DNA of 62,430 nt, filler included, from an uncultured Myxococcia bacterium (lineage in GTDB: Bacteria; CAZTWC01), in the NCBI GenBank assembly GCA_964617105.1. It is 8 parts of 8 records of this genome, joined end to end, with 100 filler letters (N's around TTAATTAATTAA, not from the genome) between each part and the next. Parts side by side here need not be neighbours in the genome. Positions count along the whole stretch, not along the records: positions 39,602 to 47,212 come from CAZTWC010000175.1; positions 47,313 to 54,826 come from CAZTWC010000177.1; 6 more parts are not named here. One strand, 5' to 3'. Below, in pieces: positions 40,396 through 50,699 of this stretch (its first letter is position 1; each line of letters begins with the position of its first letter). The notes below the pieces were generated by a model. That model did not search any database. It saw nothing but the letters and a program-made list of their open reading frames with translations, and was not told where the DNA came from. The position numbers and the translations under genes are program-made.

Positions 40396-41571
40396 CTAAA
40401 AATCGGGCAAAACCAGCGGCGCGCAAGTGGAGACACCGGCGCCGACAATTTTGTAGGGCAAATTTGTTAATAAAGTATCGGTTTTCCCAGTGGATGGATC
40501 CAGACGCAGCACCTGGGAATCGGTCTGGATCAGCATCTTTGTGGTGGTGACAAAAATATAAAATCGGCCGCCCCAATGGGCAAAAGCCCAGGCACTGACC
40601 ATACCTTTTAATGGAGGCAGAGGCCAACTTTTTTTTACTGTGGCATTCTGTTTATCCAATTCGGCAACAAAGGAGGATTGAGCACCGGGAAAATATCCAA
40701 AAAGAGAGCCATTTCCTGTACCGGTCAATTCTGGGGAGTACTCCGACTGAGGGAGTGAGCCTATTTTGGTTACTTTAAGTGTCGTTGGTTCAATAAAGCC
40801 GAGATTGCCTTCACCGCCAGTACCCGCACCTCCCGAGATATACAATTTTTCACCGCTGGAACCGGCGCTGTTGGAAACAAATCCCATGCCGAACTGTTCA
40901 AAACCAGATTGGCCTTTTGAAAATTGACTAACCTGGCAGTCAGCATTTTTTGTGTTCACAAAATAGAGGTTTCCATTGGTGTAAAGAACCCATGCCCTGG
41001 CCCCTCTGTCAACAGACATGGAGAAAGGTGTAGCCGTACTGGCAGGGCATTTTAGCGTGCCAATCAGCGTAAAGGTATTGGCGCCTTTGGCGGGATTAAA
41101 ACTCAATAACCGCTGCTTGTCGTCTACTACATAGATCAGTTGAGCACCGCCGCTGCAGGTAGGGGTGGTGCAGGTCCCGTTTTTACATATCTCGGTGGCG
41201 CAATCTTTAATTTTTTGTCCCAGAGTTCCATCATGATTACAGGCATATACCATATTATCAACACATTGTTTTCCGGCAGTGGGATTACAATCAACACACC
41301 CCAGGTATTCTACACAACGCTTATTGTCTGTGCAGGTTTCAACTTGAGTAAACTTTCCCTTCACACAGGTTTCATAGTTTTTGCCAATACAGTGAGTCTG
41401 TCCAACAACACAGGTGCCGGCACTGTTTCCAGCATCGTGCAAACTCTCCTGCGAATTATCAATTTCACCGGAACAACTAATAGAGGCAATTGCAGTAAAT
41501 AGAAATAAAAACAGCAAAATTACTTTTACATCTGTTTTTGAGACTCTTGGCCATTTGTTCCAGGTATTCAT
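40396..41571 (-). CDS. Myxobacterial-type lipoprotein with Cys-rich N-terminus and probable beta-propeller
   Basis: SISC lipobox-like, DAG motif, PFSMSVDR, FGMGF, ELTGTG.G, WAFAHWGG.FY.F and IVGAGVSTCAP. Confidence 0.7.
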   Translation of the reverse strand: MNTWNKWPRVSKTDVKVILLFLFLFTAIASISCSGEIDNSQESLHDAGNSAGTCVVGQTHCIGKNYETCVKGKFTQVETCTDNKRCVEYLGCVDCNPTAGKQCVDNMVYACNHDGTLGQKIKDCATEICKNGTCTTPTCSGGAQLIYVVDDKQRLLSFNPAKGANTFTLIGTLKCPASTATPFSMSVDRGARAWVLYTNGNLYFVNTKNADCQVSQFSKGQSGFEQFGMGFVSNSAGSSGEKLYISGGAGTGGEGNLGFIEPTTLKVTKIGSLPQSEYSPELTGTGNGSLFGYFPGAQSSFVAELDKQNATVKKSWPLPPLKGMVSAWAFAHWGGRFYIFVTTTKMLIQTDSQVLRLDPSTGKTDTLLTNLPYKIVGAGVSTCAPLVLPDF

Positions 41572-41672
41572 GGTTAACCTTTCTTCTTTTATTTATCGTT
41601 CCCGCTCATACAGGGCATTTTAGCCTGCGGTTGTTCAAAGAGTTGAGATCCTTGGGTAGTCCATTTTTCTAC

Positions 41673-42970
41673 TCACCGTTTATTTTTTTTAGACCGGTTT
41701 TGGGTAAACCATATAATGCCACCCAGCAAAAGAGCCACCACAAAGGCAAAAAACTGTGAATTGCTGCTGTGGTGGCCAAACGAACAACCACCGCTACCAC
41801 TCGTGTTATTAGCCGGTTTCTTGAGATCCTCGGGCTTTGTAGAAAAAACAAAGTCTAAGGTTTCCTGAAGAGGTTGATCGTTCCAGGAACTGATTGGTGG
41901 CGACACAGTCACTTTATAGACGGTGTCAGCCGACCAATCATCAAGGGGTTTGATGTTGATCAGGTGGGAGTTATTGCCATAGTACACATGGATCTTGACC
42001 TGGGTAAGTTTGTTATATGGACCAGTTACTACCACGGTCTTATTATTGATGGTCGCCGATTTTAGTCCCCATGGCATCACAAACGAAACCCAGGAGTCCG
42101 GCGTTTTGGCATCCCGGGGCTGATTATACGGGGTACCACCAGTAAAATAAGTGCTCAGCAAGGGCCCTTTGAAAACCTGTTCATCATGCAAACGCGCCCA
42201 CAGAACTTTCCAATAGCGGGCAATAGCCTGGCCATGGGTCGGAGGGCTGCCCGGAACTTCCTTATTGTCCTGATTAGCGCAGGCCCAGGGATAGAGTTTT
42301 TTATAATTAGCCACGATATCGGCCTTTTCTCCATTGGAACTTGAAATCCGAACAGAAAAAGCAATCCTTGTTTGTCCATTTTCAATAGTGCTGGCAGCCA
42401 CCTTATGGCCCTGGAGTTTATCATACAACGGAGCCAAAATTTTAGCCGGAACCCACACCTCAGGGGGGGCATTGGACCTTGTGTGGCCGCAAAACATGCG
42501 TCAGTAGCCGTGTCTACCCCACCCAAGGTGGCATCGGAGTGATTGATGTCGTAAAACTCATGGCGGGTAAGATACATTCCATCGTATAGTTGATCCGAAA
42601 GACCATGAGCAGCCATGCCCATCAAAAAGGCAATATGCTGAGCTGCCTCATCCGACCACGGTGGTTTGAACTGGGTCCGGATCCAGTCGAGATAGGTCAG
42701 ATGGAAAGGCTCCCAGTGGCTAATCTCACCATAGTCATCGTCAATGCCGTAACCGCCGTCAGGGTACATGGCTCCATTGCGCAGCATCACCAATAGATCT
42801 TCCCGGGTGAGTAAATCCCGCAGATCCCCCTTTTCTACGTAGTTCAATGAATCCATCGCTATCCAATTGTGGGAATAGTTGCCGTTAGCCGAAACTGGCG
42901 GACAAATCATCCACCAGTGAAAAAAAATAAAAAAGGCGTAATAGAGATAAGCACATAAAATCTTTTGCAT
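41673..42970 (-). pseudogene. Zn-dependent phospholipase (GPI-PLD-like) with Ig-like domain and MYXO-CTERM-like anchor, split by a 1-bp frameshift
   Basis: ORFs 42155-42970 and 41673-42497 join if the G7 run at 42463-42469 is G8 (GPMPPPEVWVP). Zn-ligand motifs SH, YPD, SHWEPF, AHGLSD; GGCS-TM-basic tail. Confidence 0.75.
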
Positions 42971-43190
42971 AATAATCTCTGCTTTTTTTACCCAAATATC
43001 TATATCAAGGATATCTTTTCTAATGTAATAAATGGCTCTTGATCATTATCAGCGTTTATTGAATTTAGACTATTAATTATAGCCGAATTTTAATAAAAAT
43101 TAAAGGACGATTTTGTGAAACTGCTGTATTGCCATAGATTATGTTGATAATTGTATTGCAAAGTTAAATAAAATATAATATAGTTTAAAA

Positions 43191-43904
43191 ATGTTAAATA
43201 AAAAATCAAATCTTTTAACAGTCAAAGAGGTGGCCCAATGGTTTGCTGTACACCCCATGACTATATACAGAAAAATCTCCAGTGGGAAACTTCCTGCCAT
43301 CAAATTTGGGAAGAGTTGGCTGTTGCCCAAAGAAATTTTGCAAGACTGGATAGACTCACAAATCGACTCCGCAGTGTCCAAAATAGCAAAAGATGTACAA
43401 ACCACCTCATCCGGTAGGGCCGAATCAACTGTTGATACAAACTCTGAAAATAGTTTAACTAATGGTTTAAATCTCCAATCAACCGATCTTGAAGCATCTT
43501 CCGTTCAAAAAAGGTTGCAGGATATATCTCTTTTTATCAAAGAGTTGAAAGACCTGGGAGATATTGCTAAGGCTGATTTTTTAAAAAGTCGGGAGCGGCA
43601 GTATGCTGTTATGCATTTATTGCAATTGACAATTGAGGCTGCAGTTGGTTTAGGAAACCTCCTTGTTACCAGAGAGCAATTAGGTAATCCTGAAAATTAC
43701 CGGCAGATTTTTCTCCTGTTAGAGAAGAGCGGTGTATTGCCGGCCGATTTTGCCCAGGAGATGAAAAAGATGGCCAGCCTACATAACCAGTTGATTCACC
43801 GTTATTGGGAGACCGATCTTTCACAGATCTATCTCATCATAACTTCCAAACTGGATCTTTTTAAAATATTTATTCTTTTCCTCCAAAAAGCATATTCAAT
43901 TTAG
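43191..43904 (+). CDS. Excisionase-type HTH (HTH_17) fused to a DUF86/HepT-like HEPN domain
   Basis: N-terminal LLTVKEVA...HPMTIYRKI..GKLPA.K.G.SW. C-terminal LLQLTIEAA...P.NY..IF..L...GVL...MASLHNQLIHRYWETD. Confidence 0.82.
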   Translation: MLNKKSNLLTVKEVAQWFAVHPMTIYRKISSGKLPAIKFGKSWLLPKEILQDWIDSQIDSAVSKIAKDVQTTSSGRAESTVDTNSENSLTNGLNLQSTDLEASSVQKRLQDISLFIKELKDLGDIAKADFLKSRERQYAVMHLLQLTIEAAVGLGNLLVTREQLGNPENYRQIFLLLEKSGVLPADFAQEMKKMASLHNQLIHRYWETDLSQIYLIITSKLDLFKIFILFLQKAYSI

Positions 43905-43984
43905 GGCCCGCTCAATAATTTGGCCGAATCATCGCCGTTTCCTGGATAAATCACCGAAAAAATCTAAAGTATCAGTGGCCGGGA

Positions 43985-44845
43985 TCATTTGGAGTTGGAT
44001 TCTTCATTCAGACTATACAGAAGTTGGATCTCCTCCTGCCAGATAGAAGGGTCTGGGGTTTCCAGAACCAGGGGTATCTCATCTAGCCGGGAGTCGTTGA
44101 TCAGCAGGCGGAAAGCTTCCAGGCCAATATTGCCCTGGCCAATGCTGGCATGGCGATCCACCCGGCTTTCAAACATGGACTTGGAGTCGTTGAGATGAAC
44201 CCCTTTCAGGTATTTGAAACCAACAATCCGCTCAAATTTTTCCATAGTGTTTTGATAGGATTCCTGGTCGCGGATATCATAACCAGCGGCAAAAGTGTGG
44301 CAGGTGTCGTAGCAAATGCCAACCCGGCTTTTATCTTCCACCTGGTCGATTAAATGGGCCAGATGTTCGAAGTTGTATCCCACATTGGTGCCCTGGCCGG
44401 CGGCAGTCTCCACCACCAGGGTGACTCCCCGGGTTTTATCCAGAGTGCGGTTCATTCCTTCGGCTACCAGATCCAGGCACTCCTCTTCGCTGATCCCTTT
44501 TAGATGAGCGCCGGGGTGAAAATTGAGTTTATCCAGTCCCAATTGTTGGCATCTGGCTGCCTCATCCATAAACGATTGCAGAGATCTATCCCGTTTTTCC
44601 GGATCCGGATTGCCCAAATTAATTAGATATCCGTCATGGGGAAGAACCTGGGGCGTTTTAAATCCACATTGTTCCATGTTTTTCCTGAACTTATCGATAT
44701 CTTTTTTAATCAAAGGCTTGGCTGCCCATCTTTTCTGGTTTTTGGTAAACAGTGCAAAAGCTTTAGCCCCAATTGCTTTGGCGTTAAGAGGAGCATTAAA
44801 GACTCCCCCAGCGGCACTCACATGGGCTCCAATATATTTGGTCAT
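43985..44845 (-). CDS. nfo: Endonuclease IV
   Basis: [47 protein letters not shown] and DRH; ATG 44845 with GGAGA RBS. Confidence 0.95.
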   Translation of the reverse strand: MTKYIGAHVSAAGGVFNAPLNAKAIGAKAFALFTKNQKRWAAKPLIKKDIDKFRKNMEQCGFKTPQVLPHDGYLINLGNPDPEKRDRSLQSFMDEAARCQQLGLDKLNFHPGAHLKGISEEECLDLVAEGMNRTLDKTRGVTLVVETAAGQGTNVGYNFEHLAHLIDQVEDKSRVGICYDTCHTFAAGYDIRDQESYQNTMEKFERIVGFKYLKGVHLNDSKSMFESRVDRHASIGQGNIGLEAFRLLINDSRLDEIPLVLETPDPSIWQEEIQLLYSLNEESNSK

Positions 44846-44977
44846 AATTTTCTCCGTACCACTCAACAGGCTTGAAAGTTTTTTAATTACATATTGTATT
44901 TTCTGTTATATTTAGTAAAATATCAAGTCTTGAAAAATGTGTTACAGATTATTCTTGTCAATTTGTTGGGAGGTTAT

Positions 44978-47212
44978 ATGCGAAAACTACAACTATTATT
45001 TATCCTGTTTTTGGTGGCGAGTTTTTCATTATTCGGCTGCGGTGGTGGAGGCGGCGGTTCTTCCGATCCTGATGACACCAGCAAGCAAGACGGCGGTGCC
45101 CAGGATGGCGGTGAAGATACAGACGACACCGGCAAATCAACGGCCAAACTCTCCTCTCTTACCGGCCAGGTGATGGACCAGGATTTTATGCCAATTGCCG
45201 GAGTTAAGATTACTGCTACCTACAACTATGAAGGTAAGACTGGCGATACCATAACTACTATTAGCCAGGAAAGTGGGGCCTTCTCCTTTACCGAATTTTC
45301 TGAGGGTCGGTATGTTATTAAGTTTGACCCTTCGGAACAGGGCAATATCCAGGGCACCGAGTTTCCTGTTATGCTGCAATACAAACAGGAGTTGGTTATC
45401 ACGCCGCTGGTTTTGCCCAGGTTAAACTCCAGCGAACTCATTGAAGATACCTCCTCCTTTAACCATGTCCAGGATGAGGAGGGTGGCAATGCCTCGGTTT
45501 TTATGGAACCTGACTCAGTCAGCCCGGTAGAGGGCGTGAGAGGGATCACGGTAGGTATTGAGGAGATACCAGCTGACTTTTTACCCAACCCCCTGGGCTT
45601 TGAAAATCAAGCATTGGAGAGTGACGATGACTCTGGTGGTTATGTAGGCTTTACTGTAAATTGGGAGGGGATTAAAAAAATCAACAAACCCATTCAGGTA
45701 CTTTTTCCAGGCCATAATCCCAAAGAGGGTACTACAGAAGCGGCCAAAAAAGAGACGGTCATGCTGGAGGGTTTTAATAAAAATACTGGCCGGTGGAAAA
45801 GTGTGCTGGAGGGCCGGATAAAGGAGATGGATATCCAGGGTAAAACCCAGATGTTGTTGGGGGAAAATTCTGCTCCCAATACACCTTTTCATAGTGATCA
45901 GCCTGCGGCTGCCAAGGCTTTTTATACGGTCTTTGATTTCAGCCAAAAATACGATTATAAATTTTATCGCTTCAAAAGTTTTTCTGCGGCTTCTCCCCAG
46001 ATGCTAACCGTGGCTCCCACCAACTATTTTCCGGTGGTAACCGATGATGGCAAACCCAAATATGCCAATATTAAAGCCAATCTCTCTTTTGGCGATTGCA
46101 GCGACAAAACCAAGCAGAGAACTATTGCTGATTTAGACGCCTATTACTATTACATATATTTTTATGTCTACCTGGGAGCAGACAAAGAGGGTAAGAGATA
46201 TGTCCGGGAAAGAAAATATGTGCGTTTAGGGAAAAACGGCGAGATTAAAGTATCGCTGCCAGTGAGCCTGAGAAACCACAAAACTCTTTACAAACGTTGG
46301 ACCACTGTGCTTGACAACAGTTTTGTCTATATGCCCAGAATTATTTATGCCAGAGGGAGCCAGAGGTATTTTCTGATCCTTCCCCAGGAAAAAGAGCAGA
46401 AAGGGCGTCTCGGCTACTATATAAAACTCTCTTTAGCAGATTTTCTTAAGATAGGCGGCAAAACTTTAGCAGATCTTAAACCCGACGCCAAACTGGTTTT
46501 TGACAAATTTTGCATGAACAGCATTGTAATGAAGATGGGTAATATCCGGATTATGTCAAATACCTATTGTCCCAGAGAGGGTTGCATCTCCCCAGTTTAT
46601 ATGTCAGAATTTAATAAAATTTCTGCCAATTTTCAGTTCCAGGGCGAGAAATTTCCCGATAATTTTAAGGAGAAAAACATTTCTCTGGCTTCCTGGTATC
46701 GCAGTTTTTATTTCCCATTTTTTGAGGGTAATGCCAACCTGACCTTTAAGATCGATGATATCTTTAAAGAGCATTTACAAATGGAAAAGTGTTTTTACAG
46801 CAAAAATTACTACTACAACTATTTTAACCGGACCAATATACCCAAAGATGCGGTTAAAGACTGTATGGGGGAAAAATTTAGTTTTAAACTGCTCTATAAT
46901 AATAATTTTTATGTCAAGTTTAAGATCAAAAAAGACACAGACAAAGATGGAGTGGCCGATATNNNNNNNNNNAGAATAAAATTAAAACCAATCCTAACGA
47001 AAAAGATACTGATGGTGATGGACTGGATGACAACGAAGAGTTGTTCTATACCTATGTCCCCGGCTCTCGTTTTATTGGCTCTTCACCTCTGTTACAGGAT
47101 TCTGATAATGATGGGCTGGATGATAAAGCCGAAAAAGAGAGGAAACTGAATGCTCTAAGAATGGATACCGATATGGACTCCCTCTATGACGGTGAAGAGG
47201 TGAACAAGTTTA
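44978..47212 (+). CDS. Large lipoprotein with N-terminal Ig/carboxypeptidase-regulatory-like domain and C-terminal Ca-binding DxDxDG repeats; internal N gap, truncated
   Basis: ATG 44978 after GGAGG; LFGC lipobox and Gly linker. DTDKDGVAD, DTDGDGLDD, DSDNDGLDD and DTDMDSLYDGEE continue across the 10-N gap at 46963-46972. Confidence 0.7.
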
Positions 47213-47312
47213 NNNNNNNNNNNNNNNNNNNNNNNNNNNNNNNNNNNNNNNNNNNNTTAATTAATTAANNNNNNNNNNNNNNNNNNNNNNNNNNNNNNNN
47301 NNNNNNNNNNNN
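47213..47312. other. Artificial contig linker
   Basis: 44 N + TTAATTAATTAA + 44 N. Confidence 0.98.
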
Positions 47313-47315
47313 CCT

Positions 47316-48933
47316 ATGAGACGTAAAACGAAAAAAACAAGGGGTAAAGCTAAAATCAAAAAACGCGGGCAAGCACCACAAAAGCGCTATGCTCTTTTAT
47401 CTGTCTCCGACAAAAAGGGGCTGGATAAATTTGCCAAGGGCTTGAGAAAAATAGGTTTCGAGATAGTTTCTTCGGGGGGAACGGCGAAATTCTTGCGTAA
47501 GGCAGGGGTAAGGGTGACCGAGGTGGCGANNNNNNNNNNCGCATATGTTGGATGGAAGGGTAAAGACCCTGCACCCGGTTATCCACGGCGGGATTTTGGC
47601 AGATCAAACCAATCCTCAGCACCTTAGTGAATTGAAAAAGTTTAAAATTAATCCTTTTAGCATTGTGGTTTGTAACCTTTATCCATTTGAAAATGTAATC
47701 GGTAGATCTAAATTTAAGCATGAAGAGGCAATCGAAAATATAGATATCGGCGGGCCTTGCATGGTTCGTGCCGCTGCCAAAAATTATAAAAGTGTTGCGA
47801 TAGTGGTTGATCCTAATGACTATGCGCCGATCCTAAACGAATTAAAGGTGAAAAATCAAATAAGTATGGGAACCAAGGAAAAACTTTCTCTTAAGGCTTT
47901 TAAGCATACTAGATACTATGATTCGGTTATTGTGAGGTATCTTTCCTCTGAGTTTGAAGGGGAGGAAGAATTTCCGCAAGAAAAAGAAGTTCTTCTTGAG
48001 AAAGTACAAGACCTGCGTTATGGAGAAAACCCGCACCAAAAAGCAGCCTTTTACCGTGAGATAGGGGTTGGAGAAGCTGGATTGGGTTCGCAGATGGTTC
48101 AGGCAAAGCAGCTGCATGGCAAGGAATTGTCCTTCAATAATCTAGTCGATACAGATGCTGCCTGGTCAGCTGCCAATTATTTTGCAGATCCGACCGTAGC
48201 TATTATTAAGCATACTAATCCATGTGGCTTAGCCAAGGCGCAAAATGTCCATATTGCTTATAAAAAGGCTTTGGCCTGTGATCCAGTATCAGCTTTTGGC
48301 AGTATTGTGGCAGCTAATCGACGGATCGATGAGGAAATGGCTCAGGAAATGTCTTCTCTCTTTGTGGAGGTGGTTATTGCGCCGGGGTATACTCCTCGGG
48401 CCCTGTCTATTTTAAGGCAAAAAAAGAATCTGCGGATAATGGAGATGGGGGAGCAATCGATATGTAAACCCTTTAGTGGCCTAGATTATAAGCGGGTGAG
48501 TGGGGGACTCCTCTTTCAGGAGCCGGATCTTGCCCAGCTGGCGGTGAACGAGGTAAAAATAGTTACGAAAAAGCAGCCCAGCCTAGCAGAGATGGAAGAT
48601 CTCTTTTTTGCCTGGGGGGTGGCCAAGCATGTAAAGTCTAATACAATTGTCTTGGCTAAGAATGGGCAAGCCATAGGTATTGGTGCCGGGCAAATGAGTC
48701 GGATTGATGCAGCGCATCTGGCCGTGAAAAGGTCTCGCTTCGAAGTAAAAGGAGCGGTTTTGGCTTCAGATGCTTTTTTTCCCTTTCCGGATGTGGTAGA
48801 GTTAGCGGCGAAGGTTGGAGTAACTGCTATTATTCAACCTGGAGGGTCAAAGAGAGATCAGGAATCTGTTAATAAGGCTGATGAGAGTGGTTTATCCATG
48901 CTCTTTACTGGCCGGCGACATTTTAAACACTAA
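47316..48933 (+). CDS. purH: Bifunctional AICAR transformylase/IMP cyclohydrolase (split only by an N gap at 47530-47539)
   Basis: [45 protein letters not shown] and IIQPGGS. Confidence 0.95.
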
Positions 48934-48944
48934 AGGAGGTAATC

Positions 48945-50117
48945 ATGGCAAGATTGTTAATCGGGTTCGTTCTCGTGGTAATGCTGTCTTCGGTGGCTTT
49001 CGCAGAGGCGTCAACCGTTGTTTCGAGCGATGGGGATACTTCTAAGCTTTCTTCAGATATCGGCGGATTAAGCCTTGGTTATGTAAAAGTGGGAACCGCA
49101 GAGGTGTTTAATCTCGCCTGGCATCCGGATTTTAAATTTGGGGTAATTGGTTTGGGATTTGATGTAAATATCGGGCTGGGGGAAAACCGTCCGTTGGATT
49201 ATGAGAATGTTGTGTTGCGTTATGTGGAGTACGACGATGGTAAAAAGGGTTTACGTTATGGGATTATAGATAATTTAACCTGGGGCCATGGTCTGTTGCT
49301 GGACGGCTATTCAACCCGACTGACGAGCTCGGCCTTGTTAAATAATACCATGATGGCCTGGAAAGGATATCTTGATCTGGATCCATATGTGGTGCGGGCT
49401 CTTTCCACTAAAACGGGCGTGAATGCTATCCGTGCCGAAGAAAAAATCAATCCGCTCTTAACTTTGGGCCAGACTTATATTGCTGACAGTGATGGAATTG
49501 TGGTGGCAGGGACCAATACAACTCAAACGGTTTCTGGGCTGGGAATAGACGCCACGGTTCCTCTTCCGTTGAATTTGGAAGGATATGCAGAGTATGCACA
49601 ATTGCTGAATCATGGAGGTGGTTTTGGTACTGGGCTCTCTTGGGGTTATGATTTTATGGTGGCTTCTGCCAACCTTACGGCAGGGTATCGATTTCTAGAC
49701 AGCCGTTTTGTTCCAGGTTATTTTAATGCTGACTACGAGAGCAATCCCATTAATTTGACATCCGCCGAGGCAACGGGAAATATTAAAAATGGTTATGTTG
49801 CCCAAATGGATGTTAAGGCTTTGGGACTAGCGAGCCTGGGGATCAAATATGAGAATTATAACGAAAGTGAAGCTACGCTAAATGCCGACCTTTATGCCAA
49901 ACTGCCGCAAGATGTTGAGGTTACGGGATATTACCAACAGCCTAGTTTTGTAAACTTTCGATCCCTTACGTTGGAAGAAGGGGCCATCCTGGGTGGGACA
50001 ATGGCTTATCCCATCAACCAATTTGCTAAAGCAGTAGTGCATTATAAAAAATACTACGACACTGGAACCCAGCAAGTTGTGGAATCGCAGTACTACGAGG
50101 TGCAGTTGAGTTTTTAG
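48945..50117 (+). CDS. Hypothetical exported protein, probable outer-membrane beta-barrel
   Basis: Signal peptide (VAFA), alternating amphipathic strands, terminal YEVQLSF. Confidence 0.6.
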   Translation: MARLLIGFVLVVMLSSVAFAEASTVVSSDGDTSKLSSDIGGLSLGYVKVGTAEVFNLAWHPDFKFGVIGLGFDVNIGLGENRPLDYENVVLRYVEYDDGKKGLRYGIIDNLTWGHGLLLDGYSTRLTSSALLNNTMMAWKGYLDLDPYVVRALSTKTGVNAIRAEEKINPLLTLGQTYIADSDGIVVAGTNTTQTVSGLGIDATVPLPLNLEGYAEYAQLLNHGGGFGTGLSWGYDFMVASANLTAGYRFLDSRFVPGYFNADYESNPINLTSAEATGNIKNGYVAQMDVKALGLASLGIKYENYNESEATLNADLYAKLPQDVEVTGYYQQPSFVNFRSLTLEEGAILGGTMAYPINQFAKAVVHYKKYYDTGTQQVVESQYYEVQLSF

Positions 50118-50653
50118 GCCCTTAAGACTTTAAATCCTTTAGTAGCGTCGATTACTCTGGAGGCCTGGCCGCTTTTTACTCTTCCAGGGAGGATAAAATC
50201 TACCTCTGGAACTTTCTTTTTTGCTTCTTTGGTGCTTAGGGCAGGTTCCCCCCCAGATTTATTTGCAGAGGTTGCCACAATTGGCCCGCATTTCTTGATT
50301 AGTTCTAAGGCAATTTTATGATCCGGCATGCGTAAGCCTACTTTGGAGGTCCCCCCGGTAACGAGTTTTGGGACAGTTTTATTTTTATAAACTACTAGAG
50401 TTAGCGGGCCTGGCCACTCTTCTTTTAGCAATTCTAGGGACTTTGTACTGAGCTCCCCTAATTTTTTGGCCTGCCTAAGGTTTGCGACGAGAACCTGAAG
50501 AGGCTTTTTCTTTGGACGTTTCTTTATTTTAAAGATTCGTTTAATGGCTTCTGGACATTCTAGAGATGCTCCGATTCCGAAAACTGTCTCGGTCGGGAAG
50601 GCAACTACACCACCGGATTTTAGGATTTTTGCGGCTCTTTCTAACATTGTCAT
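50114..50653 (-). CDS. tsaC: Threonylcarbamoyl-AMP synthase (YrdC/TsaC, single domain)
   Basis: VAFPTETVFG, K.RP..KPL, WPGPLT, GLRMP and TSANKSG. Confidence 0.93.
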   Translation of the reverse strand: MTMLERAAKILKSGGVVAFPTETVFGIGASLECPEAIKRIFKIKKRPKKKPLQVLVANLRQAKKLGELSTKSLELLKEEWPGPLTLVVYKNKTVPKLVTGGTSKVGLRMPDHKIALELIKKCGPIVATSANKSGGEPALSTKEAKKKVPEVDFILPGRVKSGQASRVIDATKGFKVLRA

Positions 50654-50699
50654 GTTAGGATTAGTATACTATAATTGCGTGGAGCAAGAAAGTTGGGTT

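Noticed and set aside
40376-40627. N-terminal extensions in the ORF track (39554-40627, 44894, 50544, 52246, 57283, 60465 starts)
   Set aside because: They overlap neighbouring genes or lack an RBS; downstream ATGs with an RBS or a family-typical N-terminus fit better.
43191-43370. Excisionase-like HTH as evidence of a prophage or ICE
   Set aside because: No integrase, att site, tRNA or phage genes on the contig.
47316-47627. purH, iscU and the 44978 lipoprotein as frameshifted pseudogenes
   Set aside because: The frame changes coincide with N gaps of arbitrary length (47530-47539, 58085-58123, 46963-46972).
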